Assembly: GCA_905196345.1 (NCBI GenBank)
Contig: CAJJVD010000003.1
Location: forward strand, 770 to 64,769
DNA: 64,000 nt
Direction: 5' to 3'
From: an uncultured Lachnospiraceae bacterium
Lineage (GTDB): Bacteria > Bacillota > Clostridia > Lachnospirales > Lachnospiraceae
Shown here: piece by piece, positions 10,715 to 21,240 of the stretch
Layout of the letters: every line of letters starts with the position of its first letter
How positions within the stretch are numbered: the first letter of the stretch is position 1
Translations under genes and position numbers: made by a program
Notes under the pieces: generated by a model
Told to the model about the DNA's origin: nothing
Seen by the model: only the letters and a program-made list of their open reading frames with translations
The model's database searches: none

Positions 10715-13474
10715 ATGACAAAAATGAGAGTGCATGAACTGGCAAAAGAGCTGGGAGTTGAGAATAAAACACTGATGGAAGCACTGGAAAAAAAGCAAGT
10801 AGAAGTGAAGAGCCATATGAGTTCTCTGGAAGAAAATGTGGTTGAAGAGTTGAAAAAAGAGTTTGCAAAGAAAACGGCGGCAAATGCTGAAAATGCTGCC
10901 GGTGAGGAGCAGGATAAAAAAGAAGATGCAGCTCCGAAGAAAAAAACGATTATGCAGGTATTCCGTCCACAGAATGCGAAGAGCGCAGGAAGAGGTCAGG
11001 GACGAGGAACACAGCGTACACAAGGGGCAAGACCGGCACAGCGTCCGCAGCAGGGAGCTGCAGGCAATGCAGGTCGTTCTCATGGAGCGGCACAGGCAAC
11101 AGGAAAAACAGTTGTACGTCCTCAGACAACTGCAGCAGAAACTGTGAAAGAAACACCGGTAGTGAAACCGGAAACTGTTTCAAAAGCAGAACCAATCGTA
11201 AAGACTGAAAATGTACAGGAAAAACGTCCGGTAGAGGATGAAAAAAATAACCGTCCGGTTAGAAATGAGAATCGAAATGATCGAAATGACCGTAACGACC
11301 GGAATGACCGTGGAAATGGAAAATCTCAAGGAGAGCGACAGGGACAAGGAAGACGTTTTTCTGATAATGAACGCGGAAATCGTTCCTTTAGAAATGAAAA
11401 TCGGAATGATCGTAATGAGAATCGGAATGATCGCAATGAAAATCGAAATGATCGCAACGACCGCAATAACCGCAACGACCGTGGAAATGGACGACCGCAG
11501 GGAAGACAGGGGGGGCGCAGAGAAGATCGTGATTCCATTCCGGCGCCAATGGTAGAACAGCAGAAAACACAGAGAAATAAAGGAAAAGACAAAGAAAAAG
11601 ATTACAAGAAGAAAGAACTTCGTGAAGGCGAATTTGAAAACAAAGGGAAAAAAGGCCGCAAACAGAAACCGGTAACAGAGATTAAAAAGCCGGAACCAAA
11701 ACAGGAAAAAGTAGAAGAAATCAAGCAGATTGTTCTGCCGGAAGTACTGACAATTAAAGAACTCGCTGATAAGATGAAGATTGTTCCGTCTGTGATTGTG
11801 AAAAAGTTATTCATGCAGGGAAAAGTCGTTACAGTGAATCAGGAAATTGATTTTGAAACAGCAGAAGAAATTGCTATGGAATTTGATATCCTTTGTGAAA
11901 AAGAAGAAGTTATTGATGTAATAGAAGAACTTCTGAAAGAAGACGAAGAGGATGAAAGCACAATGGTGAAACGTCCTCCGGTTGTTTGTGTTATGGGTCA
12001 TGTAGACCACGGTAAAACTTCACTTTTGGATGCGATTCGTGATTCCCGTGTAACAGATCGCGAGGCTGGCGGTATCACACAGCATATCGGAGCATCTGTT
12101 GTAGATGTGAATGGAGAAACAATTACATTCCTTGATACTCCGGGACATGAGGCATTTACAGCAATGCGTATGCGTGGAGCAAGCTCGACAGATATCGCAA
12201 TTCTTGTTGTAGCAGCTGATGATGGAGTAATGCCGCAGACCGTAGAAGCAATCAATCATGCAAAAGCAGCGGGCATTGAAATCATTGTTGCAATCAATAA
12301 GATTGATAAACCAAGTGCGAATATTGAACGTGTGAAACAGGAATTGACAGAGTATGAATTGATTCCGGAAGATTGGGGCGGAAGCACAATTTTTGTTCCG
12401 GTATCCGCACATACAAAAGAAGGAATCGAAGACTTGCTTGAAATGGTATTGCTGACAGCTGAAGTGATGGAATTGAAGGCAAATCCAAATCGTTCAGCAA
12501 GAGGTCTTGTAATTGAAGCTCAGCTGGATAAAGGAAAGGGATCTGTGGCAACGGTTCTGGTACAGAAAGGTACACTTCATGTAGGAGATGCAATTGCAGC
12601 CGGAAGTGCACATGGACGTGTCAGAGCAATGATGGATGACCGCGGAAGAAGAGTCAAAGAAGCAGGACCGTCACAGCCGGTAGAAATTCTGGGACTGAAT
12701 GATGTTCCGAATGCAGGAGAAGTATTTGTAAGCTGTGATACGGAGAAGGAAGCAAGAAACTTTGCAGAGACATTCATTGCACAGAATAAAGTGAAGTTGT
12801 TGGAAGAAACAAAATCTAAGATGTCTCTGGATGATTTGTTCAATCAGATACAGGAAGGTAATCTGAAAGAATTGAATATTGTTGTAAAAGCAGATGTGCA
12901 GGGATCTGTAGAAGCACTGAAACAGAGTCTTTTGAAACTTTCTAACGAAGAAGTTGTGATCAAGATCATTCATGGCGGTGTTGGTGCGATCAATGAATCT
13001 GATGTAATTCTGGCATCTGCATCCAATGCGATTATCATTGGATTTAATGTACGTCCGGATGCAACTGCAAAAGATATTGCAGAGCGTGAAGGGGTTGATA
13101 TGAGATTGTATCGTGTCATCTACAGTGCAATTGAAGATGTAGAAGCTGCAATGAAGGGAATGCTGGATCCGGTATTTGAGGAAAAAGTACTCGGTCATGC
13201 AGAAGTACGTCAGACATTCAAAGCATCCGGTGTCGGAACCATTGCAGGTTCTTATGTACAGGATGGTATTTTTGAGAGAAATTGTTCCGTACGTTTGACT
13301 CGTGACGGCATCGTAATCTTCGATGGACCGCTTGCATCCTTGAAGAGATTTAAAGATGATGTGAAAGAGGTTCGTGCAGGTTATGAGTGTGGATTTGTAT
13401 TCGAAAATTATAATGATATCAAAGAAGGCGACCTTGTGGAAGCTTATAAGATGGTAGAAGTGGAGAGAAAATGA
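10715..13474 (+). CDS. infB: Translation initiation factor IF-2, with a low-complexity (NDRNE)n repeat insertion in the N-terminal region
   Basis: G-domain motifs [17 protein letters not shown]; C-terminal domains conserved; repeat-rich N-terminus. Confidence 0.9.
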   Translation: MTKMRVHELAKELGVENKTLMEALEKKQVEVKSHMSSLEENVVEELKKEFAKKTAANAENAAGEEQDKKEDAAPKKKTIMQVFRPQNAKSAGRGQGRGTQRTQGARPAQRPQQGAAGNAGRSHGAAQATGKTVVRPQTTAAETVKETPVVKPETVSKAEPIVKTENVQEKRPVEDEKNNRPVRNENRNDRNDRNDRNDRGNGKSQGERQGQGRRFSDNERGNRSFRNENRNDRNENRNDRNENRNDRNDRNNRNDRGNGRPQGRQGGRREDRDSIPAPMVEQQKTQRNKGKDKEKDYKKKELREGEFENKGKKGRKQKPVTEIKKPEPKQEKVEEIKQIVLPEVLTIKELADKMKIVPSVIVKKLFMQGKVVTVNQEIDFETAEEIAMEFDILCEKEEVIDVIEELLKEDEEDESTMVKRPPVVCVMGHVDHGKTSLLDAIRDSRVTDREAGGITQHIGASVVDVNGETITFLDTPGHEAFTAMRMRGASSTDIAILVVAADDGVMPQTVEAINHAKAAGIEIIVAINKIDKPSANIERVKQELTEYELIPEDWGGSTIFVPVSAHTKEGIEDLLEMVLLTAEVMELKANPNRSARGLVIEAQLDKGKGSVATVLVQKGTLHVGDAIAAGSAHGRVRAMMDDRGRRVKEAGPSQPVEILGLNDVPNAGEVFVSCDTEKEARNFAETFIAQNKVKLLEETKSKMSLDDLFNQIQEGNLKELNIVVKADVQGSVEALKQSLLKLSNEEVVIKIIHGGVGAINESDVILASASNAIIIGFNVRPDATAKDIAEREGVDMRLYRVIYSAIEDVEAAMKGMLDPVFEEKVLGHAEVRQTFKASGVGTIAGSYVQDGIFERNCSVRLTRDGIVIFDGPLASLKRFKDDVKEVRAGYECGFVFENYNDIKEGDLVEAYKMVEVERK

Positions 13475-13845
13475 GAAAAAACAGTATCAAAAATACAAGA
13501 GTAAATGCAGAAGTGCAAAGAGAATTGAGTCAGATTCTCCGCGGTGGGATCAAGGATCCACGTGTGGCACCGATGACTTCTGTGGTGGCAGTGGAAGTGG
13601 CACCGGATCTGAAGACATGCAAAGCATATATTAGTGTATTCGGGGATGAGAAGGCACAGGCAGATACCATCAAAGGGCTGCAGAGTGCAGAGGGATTTAT
13701 TCGCCGGGAATTGGCAAGAACATTGAATATGCGGAACACTCCGGAGATTCAGTTTGTATTAGACCAGTCCATTGAATATGGCGTGAATATGAGCAAGAAA
13801 ATAGATGAGTTGACCAGAGATTTGAAAGATGGTGAAGAAGAATGA
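13471..13845 (+). CDS. rbfA: Ribosome-binding factor A
   Basis: RbfA similarity; overlaps the infB stop. Confidence 0.85.
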   Translation: MRKNSIKNTRVNAEVQRELSQILRGGIKDPRVAPMTSVVAVEVAPDLKTCKAYISVFGDEKAQADTIKGLQSAEGFIRRELARTLNMRNTPEIQFVLDQSIEYGVNMSKKIDELTRDLKDGEEE

Positions 13846-14798
13846 GTATTGCTTTAAATGAGATATTGCAGGGAAAACATTCAGTCGCTCTGGGCGGACA
13901 TATCCGCCCGGATGGTGATTGTGTGGGATCCAGTATGGGGTTATATCTTTATTTGAAAGAGCAGTTTCCGGAACTGGAGACGGATATTTATCTTGAGCCG
14001 GTCGCAGATTGTTATAAGATCGTCAGCGATATAGAAGAAATTAAACATCAGGTCGAACATGTAAAACAGTATGATTTATTTATTTGCCTTGATTGCGGAG
14101 ATGCAGCGCGTCTGGGATTTTCCGCACCATTGTTTGAACATGCGAAACAGACCATGTGCATTGATCATCATGTGAGCAATGAAGCATTTGCGGATATAAA
14201 TTATATTGAACCGGATGCCAGTTCAACGTCAGAGCTGGTATATCGTTTGATGGAAAAAGAAAACATCAGCAAACAAAGTGCAGAAGCATTATACATGGGA
14301 ATCGCACATGATACAGGCGTTTTCCAGTATAGCTGTACATCACCGGAAACAATGGAGGCTGCCGCAGAACTGCTGCGGAAGGGAGTCAATGGAAGCGAAA
14401 TCATTGATAAGACGTATTATGAAAAAACGTATGTTCAAAACCAGATTTTAGGAAAAGCACTTTTGGAAAGTATGCTTGTTCTGGATAAACAGGTGATTGT
14501 TTCCTATGTGAATTTAAAGTCGCTGAATTTCTTTGAGGCAAAACCGAGTGATTTAGAAGGGATTGTCAGCCAGCTCAGGCAGACAAAAGGAGTAGAAGTT
14601 GCAATGTTTTTGTATGAGCAGGAGCCGCAAATCTACAAAGTGAGTCTGCGCTCAAAGGATCGTGTAGATGTGAGTGTGATTGCAAAATATTTCGGCGGCG
14701 GCGGACATGCAAAAGCTGCAGGCTTTACGATGAAAGGAACGGTTCATGACGTCATTACGAATGTAAATAAACAAATTGCATTACAGTTGAATGTTTAG
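13842..14798 (+). CDS. nrnA: DHH/DHHA1 phosphoesterase (NrnA-like bifunctional oligoribonuclease/pAp phosphatase)
   Basis: DHH motifs (GGHIRPDGDCVGS, DHH) and DHHA1 GGGH at the C-terminus. Confidence 0.75.
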   Translation: MSIALNEILQGKHSVALGGHIRPDGDCVGSSMGLYLYLKEQFPELETDIYLEPVADCYKIVSDIEEIKHQVEHVKQYDLFICLDCGDAARLGFSAPLFEHAKQTMCIDHHVSNEAFADINYIEPDASSTSELVYRLMEKENISKQSAEALYMGIAHDTGVFQYSCTSPETMEAAAELLRKGVNGSEIIDKTYYEKTYVQNQILGKALLESMLVLDKQVIVSYVNLKSLNFFEAKPSDLEGIVSQLRQTKGVEVAMFLYEQEPQIYKVSLRSKDRVDVSVIAKYFGGGGHAKAAGFTMKGTVHDVITNVNKQIALQLNV

Positions 14799-14815
14799 GA
14801 ACCGCATGTATAAAC

Positions 14816-15724
14816 ATGATAAATGGAATTTTAAATATATATAAAGAAAAGGGATATACTTCTCACGATGTAGTAGCTAAGCTGCGTGGAATTACAAAGC
14901 AGAAAAAAATAGGGCATACCGGAACACTGGATCCGGATGCAGAAGGCGTGCTTCCGGTATGCCTTGGGAGAGCAACGAAGGTATGCGACCTTTTAAGCGA
15001 TAAAGACAAGGTTTATGAGGCAGAACTTTTGCTTGGGATTTCTACAGATACACAAGATATTTCAGGAAAAATACTGGAACAAAAAAGTGCCGATTTGTTG
15101 ACAGAAGAGCAGGTTTTAGAATGTATTTTGAGTTTTATCGGAGAGTATCAGCAGCTGCCACCGATGTATTCGGCATTGAAAGTAAATGGGAAGAAATTGT
15201 ATGAACTTGCCAGAGATGGAATTGAAGTAGAACGTAAGCGGCGGAAGGTTACTATTTTTGAAATTCAGATTTTAGAAGTAAACCTTCCGGTGGTTCGTAT
15301 GCGCGTACATTGTTCTAAGGGAACCTATATTCGCACACTCTGTCATGATATCGGAGAAAAACTTGGGGTCGGCGGGTGCATGCAATCACTGCTGCGTACA
15401 AAGGTGAGCTGTTTTGAATTAAAAGAAAGTCTGACTTTGAAACAGGTAGAAACTTTTGTGCAGAATGGTGAGTTGGAACAGGTTCTGATGCCGGTTGACA
15501 GGTTGTTTCAGGAAAAACAGGAGATAGTTGTTAAACCGGAATTTGAGTCTCTTGTTTTAAACGGAAATCCAATTTCTAAAAAAGCTGTGGAAAAGGCAGG
15601 CATTTACGAAGATCAGGAATCGGTGAGAGTATATGATAAAAAGGGGCGTTTTGTGGGAATCTTCGAATATCGTGCAGGTAAGCAGGAATTTCGAGTGAAA
15701 AAAATGTTCCTGACAAATTATTAA
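14816..15724 (+). CDS. truB: tRNA pseudouridine(55) synthase
   Basis: GHTGTLDP catalytic motif; PUA-containing C-terminus. Confidence 0.9.
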   Translation: MINGILNIYKEKGYTSHDVVAKLRGITKQKKIGHTGTLDPDAEGVLPVCLGRATKVCDLLSDKDKVYEAELLLGISTDTQDISGKILEQKSADLLTEEQVLECILSFIGEYQQLPPMYSALKVNGKKLYELARDGIEVERKRRKVTIFEIQILEVNLPVVRMRVHCSKGTYIRTLCHDIGEKLGVGGCMQSLLRTKVSCFELKESLTLKQVETFVQNGELEQVLMPVDRLFQEKQEIVVKPEFESLVLNGNPISKKAVEKAGIYEDQESVRVYDKKGRFVGIFEYRAGKQEFRVKKMFLTNY

Positions 15725-15734
15725 GAGGACAGTT

Positions 15735-16640
15735 ATGCAGTATATTACAGAAATTAATTCATATAAAAATGAAAAAAAGTCAGCCGTAACTCTTGGTAAA
15801 TTTGACGCACTCCACAGAGGACATCAAAAATTAATTGATAAAATCTGTGAATATGCAGATGAAAATACAGTAAGTATTGTTTGTGCATTTGATATGGGCA
15901 AACAGGTTCTATTGACAGGAGAAGAGAAAAAAAATCTTTTGGAGGAACAGGTGGATTATTTGATTTCCTGCCCGTTTACAAAAGAACTTCGGGAGATGGA
16001 AGCAGAGGAATTTATTGAAGAAATTCTAGTAGAACGTTTTCATGCAACGCATATTGTTGTAGGAACGGATTTTCATTTTGGACATGGAAAACGCGGAGAT
16101 GCCCATATGCTTGCAGAGTATGCGGAGCAGTATGGATATCGTGTTGATGTAATTGAAAAAGAACGGTATCAAGGAGAAATAATCAGCAGTACGTATGTGA
16201 GAGAAGCGCTTGCAGAGGGAAATATTGAGCTTGTTCAAGCGTTGTTAGGATATTCTTATCAAATTTCCGGCGAAGTCAGACATGGCAGGCAGCTGGGAAG
16301 AAGGCTGGGATTTCCCACAATGAATCTTATGGCAGATGAACATAAGATTCTGCCTCGATTTGGGGTATATACTTGCAGAGTTCGTGTAGACGGAATCTGG
16401 TATGATGGAATCGGAAATGTGGGAATTAAGCCGACGGTTGCTGACGGGCAGAAACCACTGGTAGAAGTATTTGCTTTTGGGTTTGATGGAGATGTTTACG
16501 GAAAAATGATAGATGCTGAATTTTGTACTTTTTTACGCCCGGAAATGAAATTTGATTCTATGGAAGAATTGAAGAAACAGGTGGACGCTGATATCGAAAG
16601 AGGAAAACAATATTTTAAAATGAAAGGTATGTACAAATGA
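15735..16640 (+). CDS. ribF: Bifunctional riboflavin kinase / FAD synthetase
   Basis: N-terminal FAD synthetase (GKFDALHRGHQ) and C-terminal riboflavin kinase domains. Confidence 0.9.
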   Translation: MQYITEINSYKNEKKSAVTLGKFDALHRGHQKLIDKICEYADENTVSIVCAFDMGKQVLLTGEEKKNLLEEQVDYLISCPFTKELREMEAEEFIEEILVERFHATHIVVGTDFHFGHGKRGDAHMLAEYAEQYGYRVDVIEKERYQGEIISSTYVREALAEGNIELVQALLGYSYQISGEVRHGRQLGRRLGFPTMNLMADEHKILPRFGVYTCRVRVDGIWYDGIGNVGIKPTVADGQKPLVEVFAFGFDGDVYGKMIDAEFCTFLRPEMKFDSMEELKKQVDADIERGKQYFKMKGMYK

Positions 16641-18289
16641 GTATAACGACAATCTTCTTACTGCTAGGTGGTTTGGGATTATTTTTATTTGGGATGAAAC
16701 TTATGAGTGACGGATTGGAACAGGTGGCAGGAGCCAGAATGCGTTCCATCCTGGAATTTTTTACAAAGAACCGTTTTGTAGGGATGCTGGTTGGTATTAT
16801 TTTTACAGCCATAGTGCAGTCTTCCAGTGCAACTACAGTAATGGTTGTTAGTTTTGTAAATTCAGGCTTGATGAATCTGTATCAGGCGGCTGGCGTAGTG
16901 CTGGGTGCCAACATCGGAACAACGGTAACGGGACAATTGATTGCTTTCAATTTGTCGGATATTGCACCGTTATTCGTAATTATCGGTGTTGTTATGTTTA
17001 TGTTTTTTAAGAATCAAAACGTAAAAAAAATCGGTGGTGTGCTGCTTGGATTCGGTATTTTATTTATGGGACTCAGCACAATGAGCGATGCAATGTCGTC
17101 TTTGAAAGAATCACCACAGATTCTGGGGCTTCTTCAGTCCTTGACAAATCCAATAGCGGCAATTCTTGTTGGATTTGTAGTGACCGCAATTTTACAGAGT
17201 TCATCTGCAACAGTAGGTATTGTTATTTTGATGGCAAATCAGAAAATGCTGGCATTTGCAATCTGTCCATTTTTAATTCTGGGATGTAATATGGGGTCTT
17301 GTGTATCCGCTCTTCTGGCAAGTCTGGGTGGAAAAAAAGATGCTAAGCGCGCCGCTTGGATCCACTTTTTGTTCAATATCATTGGATCGACTATTATTTT
17401 TGGCATACTGATGCTTGCTCTGGAACCAATTACGGATATGTTTATGGCAGTTTCAGGCGGCAATCCGGGAAGAGCTGTAGCAAATGCACATACTTCAATT
17501 AAGATTATGGAAGTAATTCTGTTGTTCCCATTCATGACATGGGTAGTAAAGGCAACGTATAAGATTATACCGGGTAAAGATGAGAGCGCTGAGGATGCAT
17601 ACCAGTTGAATTATATTAGCAATACAGGAATGCCGGCTCCGACAACTGCTGTGATCGATGTAATCCGGGAATTGTTGCATATGGGAGAACTTGCGAAAGA
17701 AAATCTGAAGGTCAGTATGGAATGTTTATGTAATCCAAATGAAAAGCAGATTGAGGAAGTTTATCAGAGAGAAAAATATATTGACTATTTGAACCGGGAG
17801 ATTACAGATTATCTGGTGAGAATTAATTCTCTTGAAATTCCGATGGCAGATGCGAAATTGCTTGGCGGATTGTTCCATGTGGCGAATGATATTGAGCGAA
17901 TCGGAGATCATGCGGAGAATTTTGTAGATTCTGCAAAAGAAAGAATGGAAAAGAATATTGCGTTCAGTGAAAAAGCAGTGACTCAGATTACAGATATGAC
18001 AGAGATGGTTGTAAAGGCACTGGAATATGCCTTGGAAATGTTTTCCAAGCGGGATCCGGAACATATGAAAGAAGTTCTGGAACTGGAAGAGTCTGTAGAT
18101 GAAAAGGAACGTAAGATACAGAAGGCTCATGTTAAACGATTGTCGAAGGGAAAATGTTCTGCAGAAGCCGGAATGTTGTATTCCGATGCTGTTTCCGGTC
18201 TGGAACGTGCAGCGGATCATGCTACGAATATTGCATTTGCAATTTTGGAACCGGAGGATATTACTGAGATAGATGAAGAAGATGAATAG
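16637..18289 (+). CDS. Na+/phosphate cotransporter family protein with C-terminal PhoU-like domains
   Basis: Duplicated QSSSAT membrane motifs; soluble PhoU-like C-terminal half. Confidence 0.8.
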   Translation: MSITTIFLLLGGLGLFLFGMKLMSDGLEQVAGARMRSILEFFTKNRFVGMLVGIIFTAIVQSSSATTVMVVSFVNSGLMNLYQAAGVVLGANIGTTVTGQLIAFNLSDIAPLFVIIGVVMFMFFKNQNVKKIGGVLLGFGILFMGLSTMSDAMSSLKESPQILGLLQSLTNPIAAILVGFVVTAILQSSSATVGIVILMANQKMLAFAICPFLILGCNMGSCVSALLASLGGKKDAKRAAWIHFLFNIIGSTIIFGILMLALEPITDMFMAVSGGNPGRAVANAHTSIKIMEVILLFPFMTWVVKATYKIIPGKDESAEDAYQLNYISNTGMPAPTTAVIDVIRELLHMGELAKENLKVSMECLCNPNEKQIEEVYQREKYIDYLNREITDYLVRINSLEIPMADAKLLGGLFHVANDIERIGDHAENFVDSAKERMEKNIAFSEKAVTQITDMTEMVVKALEYALEMFSKRDPEHMKEVLELEESVDEKERKIQKAHVKRLSKGKCSAEAGMLYSDAVSGLERAADHATNIAFAILEPEDITEIDEEDE

Positions 18290-18303
18290 AGAAAAAATAA
18301 TAC

Positions 18304-18332
18304 TTTACACAGTAAAATTTGTATGATATACT
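18304..18332 (+). promoter_or_regulatory. Sigma-A promoter for rpsO (TTTACA-17-TATACT)
   Basis: Canonical spacing; about 95-nt leader before rpsO that may contain the S15 autoregulatory structure. Confidence 0.45.
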
Positions 18333-18428
18333 ATCCGAGGTGTAAAGAGCCGGTGTTCGGTGAACGGAGGACTCCAACCGTCACTTAATATCAGGCGATT
18401 AACAAAGTAATATAAGGAGGAAACAAAG

Positions 18429-18695
18429 ATGATTTCTAAAGAAAAGAAACAGGCAATCATTGCAGAGTATGGCAGAAGCGAAGGCGACACAGGTTCACCG
18501 GAGGTTCAGGTAGCAATTTTAACAGCAAGAATCAACGAGCTTACAGATCATTTTAAAGCAAATCCAAAGGATCATCATTCCAGAAGAGGACTTCTGAAGA
18601 TGGTTGGACAGAGACGTGGTCTTCTTGCATATTTGAAGAAAATTGATATCGAAAGATATCGTGCTCTGATCGAGAAACTTGGACTGAGAAAGTAA
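18429..18695 (+). CDS. rpsO: 30S ribosomal protein S15
   Basis: Full-length S15 similarity. Confidence 0.95.
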   Translation: MISKEKKQAIIAEYGRSEGDTGSPEVQVAILTARINELTDHFKANPKDHHSRRGLLKMVGQRRGLLAYLKKIDIERYRALIEKLGLRK

Positions 18696-18750
18696 TTTAA
18701 GACAAATCAGTAACAGTAACGAAGAAATTCATATAGACTCACAACACAAC

Positions 18751-18786
18751 AAAAAGAGAAGCAGAGTGATCTGCTTCTTTTCTTTG
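18751..18786 (+). terminator. Rho-independent terminator after rpsO
   Basis: AGAAGCAGA...TCTGCTTCT followed by TTTCTTT. Confidence 0.65.
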
Positions 18787-18817
18787 TCCTACTTTTGTTG
18801 AAAATCAAATAAAAAGA

Positions 18818-18846
18818 TTGTAACGATGTATTTTCTATGATACAAT
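18818..18846 (+). promoter_or_regulatory. Sigma-A promoter for pnp (TTGTAA-17-TACAAT)
   Basis: Consensus-like hexamers; about 130-nt leader. Confidence 0.45.
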
Positions 18847-18974
18847 AAATAAGATTGTGAGCAGGAAATATGTTCCCGAGACCACTGAAAAGCACATTAA
18901 AGTATAATGTGTTTTTCAGTAGTTTCGGACATTCCTGTCTGACGAACGAGAATAGAATAAAAGGAGAAACAATC

Positions 18975-21065
18975 ATGTTTAAAAAATTTGAGATGGAACT
19001 TGCAGGCAGAACACTGCGTGTAGACGTGGGCCGCGTTGCAAAACAGGCAAACGGCGCTGTGTTGATGCATTATGGGGATACTACGGTATTGTGTACAGCA
19101 ACTGCTTCTGAAAAGCCGCGAGATGGAATTGATTTTTTCCCGTTAAGCGTAGAATATAACGAGAGAATGTATGCAGTAGGTAAGATTCCGGGAGGCTTTA
19201 ATAAGAGAGAAGGAAAGGCATCTGAGAATGCAGTCTTGACATGTCGTGTGATTGACCGTCCGATGCGTCCGCTTTTCCCGAAGGACTACAGAAATGATGT
19301 GACTTTGGAGAATTTAGTTATGTCAGTGGATCAGAACTGCAGTCCGGAGTTAACAGCAATGCTTGGTGCTGGAATCGCAACTTGTATTTCTGATATTCCG
19401 TTTGACGGACCGATTTCTACAACACAGGTAGGGCTTGTTGATGGAGAATTTGTATTTAATCCAACAGCAGATCAGAAAGCAATTTCAGACCTTGCACTTA
19501 CAGTGGCATCTACAAAAGAGAAAGTAATCATGATCGAGGCGGGAGCGAATGAAGTTCCGGAAGCACAGATGATTGAAGCGATTTATGCAGCCCATGAATT
19601 GAATCAGAAAGTGATTGCATTTATAGAGACAATTGTTGCAGAGTGTGGAAAACCGAAACATGCATATGAGAGTTGTGCAGTTCCGGAAGAGTTATTTGCT
19701 GCAATCAAAGAAATTGTACCGCCGGCTGAGATGGAAGAGGCTGTGTTTACAGATGACAAGCAGACAAGAGAAGAGAATATCCGTGTAATTACAGAAAAAC
19801 TAGAAGAGGCATTTGCAGAGAATGAAGAATGGCTGGCTGTACTTGGCGAGGCGGTTTATCAGTATCAGAAGAAGACTGTTAGAAAGATGATTCTGAAAGA
19901 TCATAAACGTCCGGATGGACGTGCAATTGATCAGATTCGTCCGCTGGCTGCGGAAACAGATCTGATTCCAAGAGTGCATGGGTCTGCGATGTTTACAAGA
20001 GGACAGACTCAGATCTGTACAGTAACAACTCTTGCGCCGCTTTCTGAAGCTCAGAGACTGGATGGCCTGGATGAGGCAGAGACAACTAAGAGATATATGC
20101 ATCATTATAATTTCCCGTCTTATTCTGTAGGTGAGACAAAGCCGTCCAGAGGACCGGGACGACGCGAGATTGGACATGGAGCATTGGCTGAGAGAGCCTT
20201 GGTTCCGGTATTACCAAGTGAAACGGAATTTCCATATGCAATCCGTACAGTGTCTGAGACTTTTGAATCCAATGGCTCTACTTCTCAGGCAAGTGTGTGT
20301 GCATCCAGTATGTCATTGATGACAGCAGGTGTGCCGATCAAAGCTGCTGTTGCAGGTATTTCAGCAGGACTGGTAACAGGTGAGACAGATGATGATTATT
20401 TGGTACTTACAGATATTCAGGGATTAGAGGATTTCTTTGGTGATATGGACTTTAAGGTGGCAGGTACACATAAAGGTATTACTGCTATTCAGATGGACAT
20501 TAAGATTCATGGATTGACAAGACCAATCGTAGAAGAAGCGATTGCGGCTACAAAGAAAGCTAGAACTTATATTTTGGACGAGGTAATGAATAAGGCGATT
20601 GCTGAACCAAGACCGGAAGTAGGCGAATATGCACCGAAGATTATTCAGATGCAGATTGATCCTCAGAAAATCGGCGATGTAGTCGGTCAGAGAGGAAAGA
20701 CAATCAATGCAATTATTGAGCAGACCGGTGTTAAAATTGACATTGATGACGAGGGTGCTGTATCTATCTGTGGTACTGACAAAGAAAAAATGGAAGAAGC
20801 TGCAAAAATGATTCATATTATTGTGACAGAATTTGAAGCAGGCCAGGTTTTTGAAGGTACAGTTGTTAGTATCAAAGAGTTTGGAGCTTTTGTAGAATTT
20901 GCACCAGGAAAAGAAGGTATGGTACACATTTCTAAGATTTCTAAAGAACGTGTTAATAAAGTAGAAGATGTCTTGAATCTTGGAGACAAAGTAAAGGTTG
21001 TTTGCATGGGAAAAGACAAAATGGGCAGATTCAGTTTCAGTATGAAAGATGTTGTAGAAGATTAA
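18975..21065 (+). CDS. pnp: Polynucleotide phosphorylase
   Basis: Two RNase PH domains, KH and S1; start at MFKKFEMELAGRTL (track ORF has a 35-aa upstream extension). Confidence 0.95.
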   Translation: MFKKFEMELAGRTLRVDVGRVAKQANGAVLMHYGDTTVLCTATASEKPRDGIDFFPLSVEYNERMYAVGKIPGGFNKREGKASENAVLTCRVIDRPMRPLFPKDYRNDVTLENLVMSVDQNCSPELTAMLGAGIATCISDIPFDGPISTTQVGLVDGEFVFNPTADQKAISDLALTVASTKEKVIMIEAGANEVPEAQMIEAIYAAHELNQKVIAFIETIVAECGKPKHAYESCAVPEELFAAIKEIVPPAEMEEAVFTDDKQTREENIRVITEKLEEAFAENEEWLAVLGEAVYQYQKKTVRKMILKDHKRPDGRAIDQIRPLAAETDLIPRVHGSAMFTRGQTQICTVTTLAPLSEAQRLDGLDEAETTKRYMHHYNFPSYSVGETKPSRGPGRREIGHGALAERALVPVLPSETEFPYAIRTVSETFESNGSTSQASVCASSMSLMTAGVPIKAAVAGISAGLVTGETDDDYLVLTDIQGLEDFFGDMDFKVAGTHKGITAIQMDIKIHGLTRPIVEEAIAATKKARTYILDEVMNKAIAEPRPEVGEYAPKIIQMQIDPQKIGDVVGQRGKTINAIIEQTGVKIDIDDEGAVSICGTDKEKMEEAAKMIHIIVTEFEAGQVFEGTVVSIKEFGAFVEFAPGKEGMVHISKISKERVNKVEDVLNLGDKVKVVCMGKDKMGRFSFSMKDVVED

Positions 21066-21079
21066 GAACGAAAGACTCA

Positions 21080-21117
21080 GTGCAGAGGATTTTTCCTCTG
21101 TGCCGGGTCTTTTTTTA
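21080..21117 (+). terminator. Rho-independent terminator after pnp
   Basis: GCAGAGGA-TTTT-TCCTCTGTGC...CTTTTTTTATT. Confidence 0.65.
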
Positions 21118-21193
21118 TTGCACAGAATGCTGGGGGCATGCGGAATAAAGATCTTTCGGGTGGGAATCGTGCGTTTGTTCTTTAAAAATATAT

Positions 21194-21221
21194 GTATATT
21201 TTAGAAAGCCCCTCATATATT
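21194..21221 (+). promoter_or_regulatory. SigE-type sporulation promoter candidate for the spoIIIA operon (GTATATT-13-CATATATT)
   Basis: Resembles the SigE consensus (ATATT -35, CATACA-T -10) at the expected distance upstream of spoIIIAA. Confidence 0.4.
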
Positions 21222-21240
21222 GTTTAAAGAGGTGGACAAG

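Noticed and set aside
11240-11500. Possible CRISPR-like or tandem-repeat array
   Set aside because: Repeat unit is about 15 nt, has no spacers and is in-frame coding within IF-2; not a CRISPR
11238-11592. ORF-track ORFs (105 aa +, 88 aa -, 60 aa -) overlapping the infB repeat tract
   Set aside because: They are alternative-frame artefacts of the tandem nucleotide repeat inside infB; the infB frame is continuous and conserved
12020-13198. Long antisense ORFs (130-175 aa) inside infB; similar ones inside parC (7150-7644, 7780-8208), the Na/Pi transporter (17726-18220), pnp (20424-20927) and alaS
   Set aside because: They lie opposite highly conserved coding sequence, have no RBS or homology, and are typical shadow ORFs in AT-rich antisense frames
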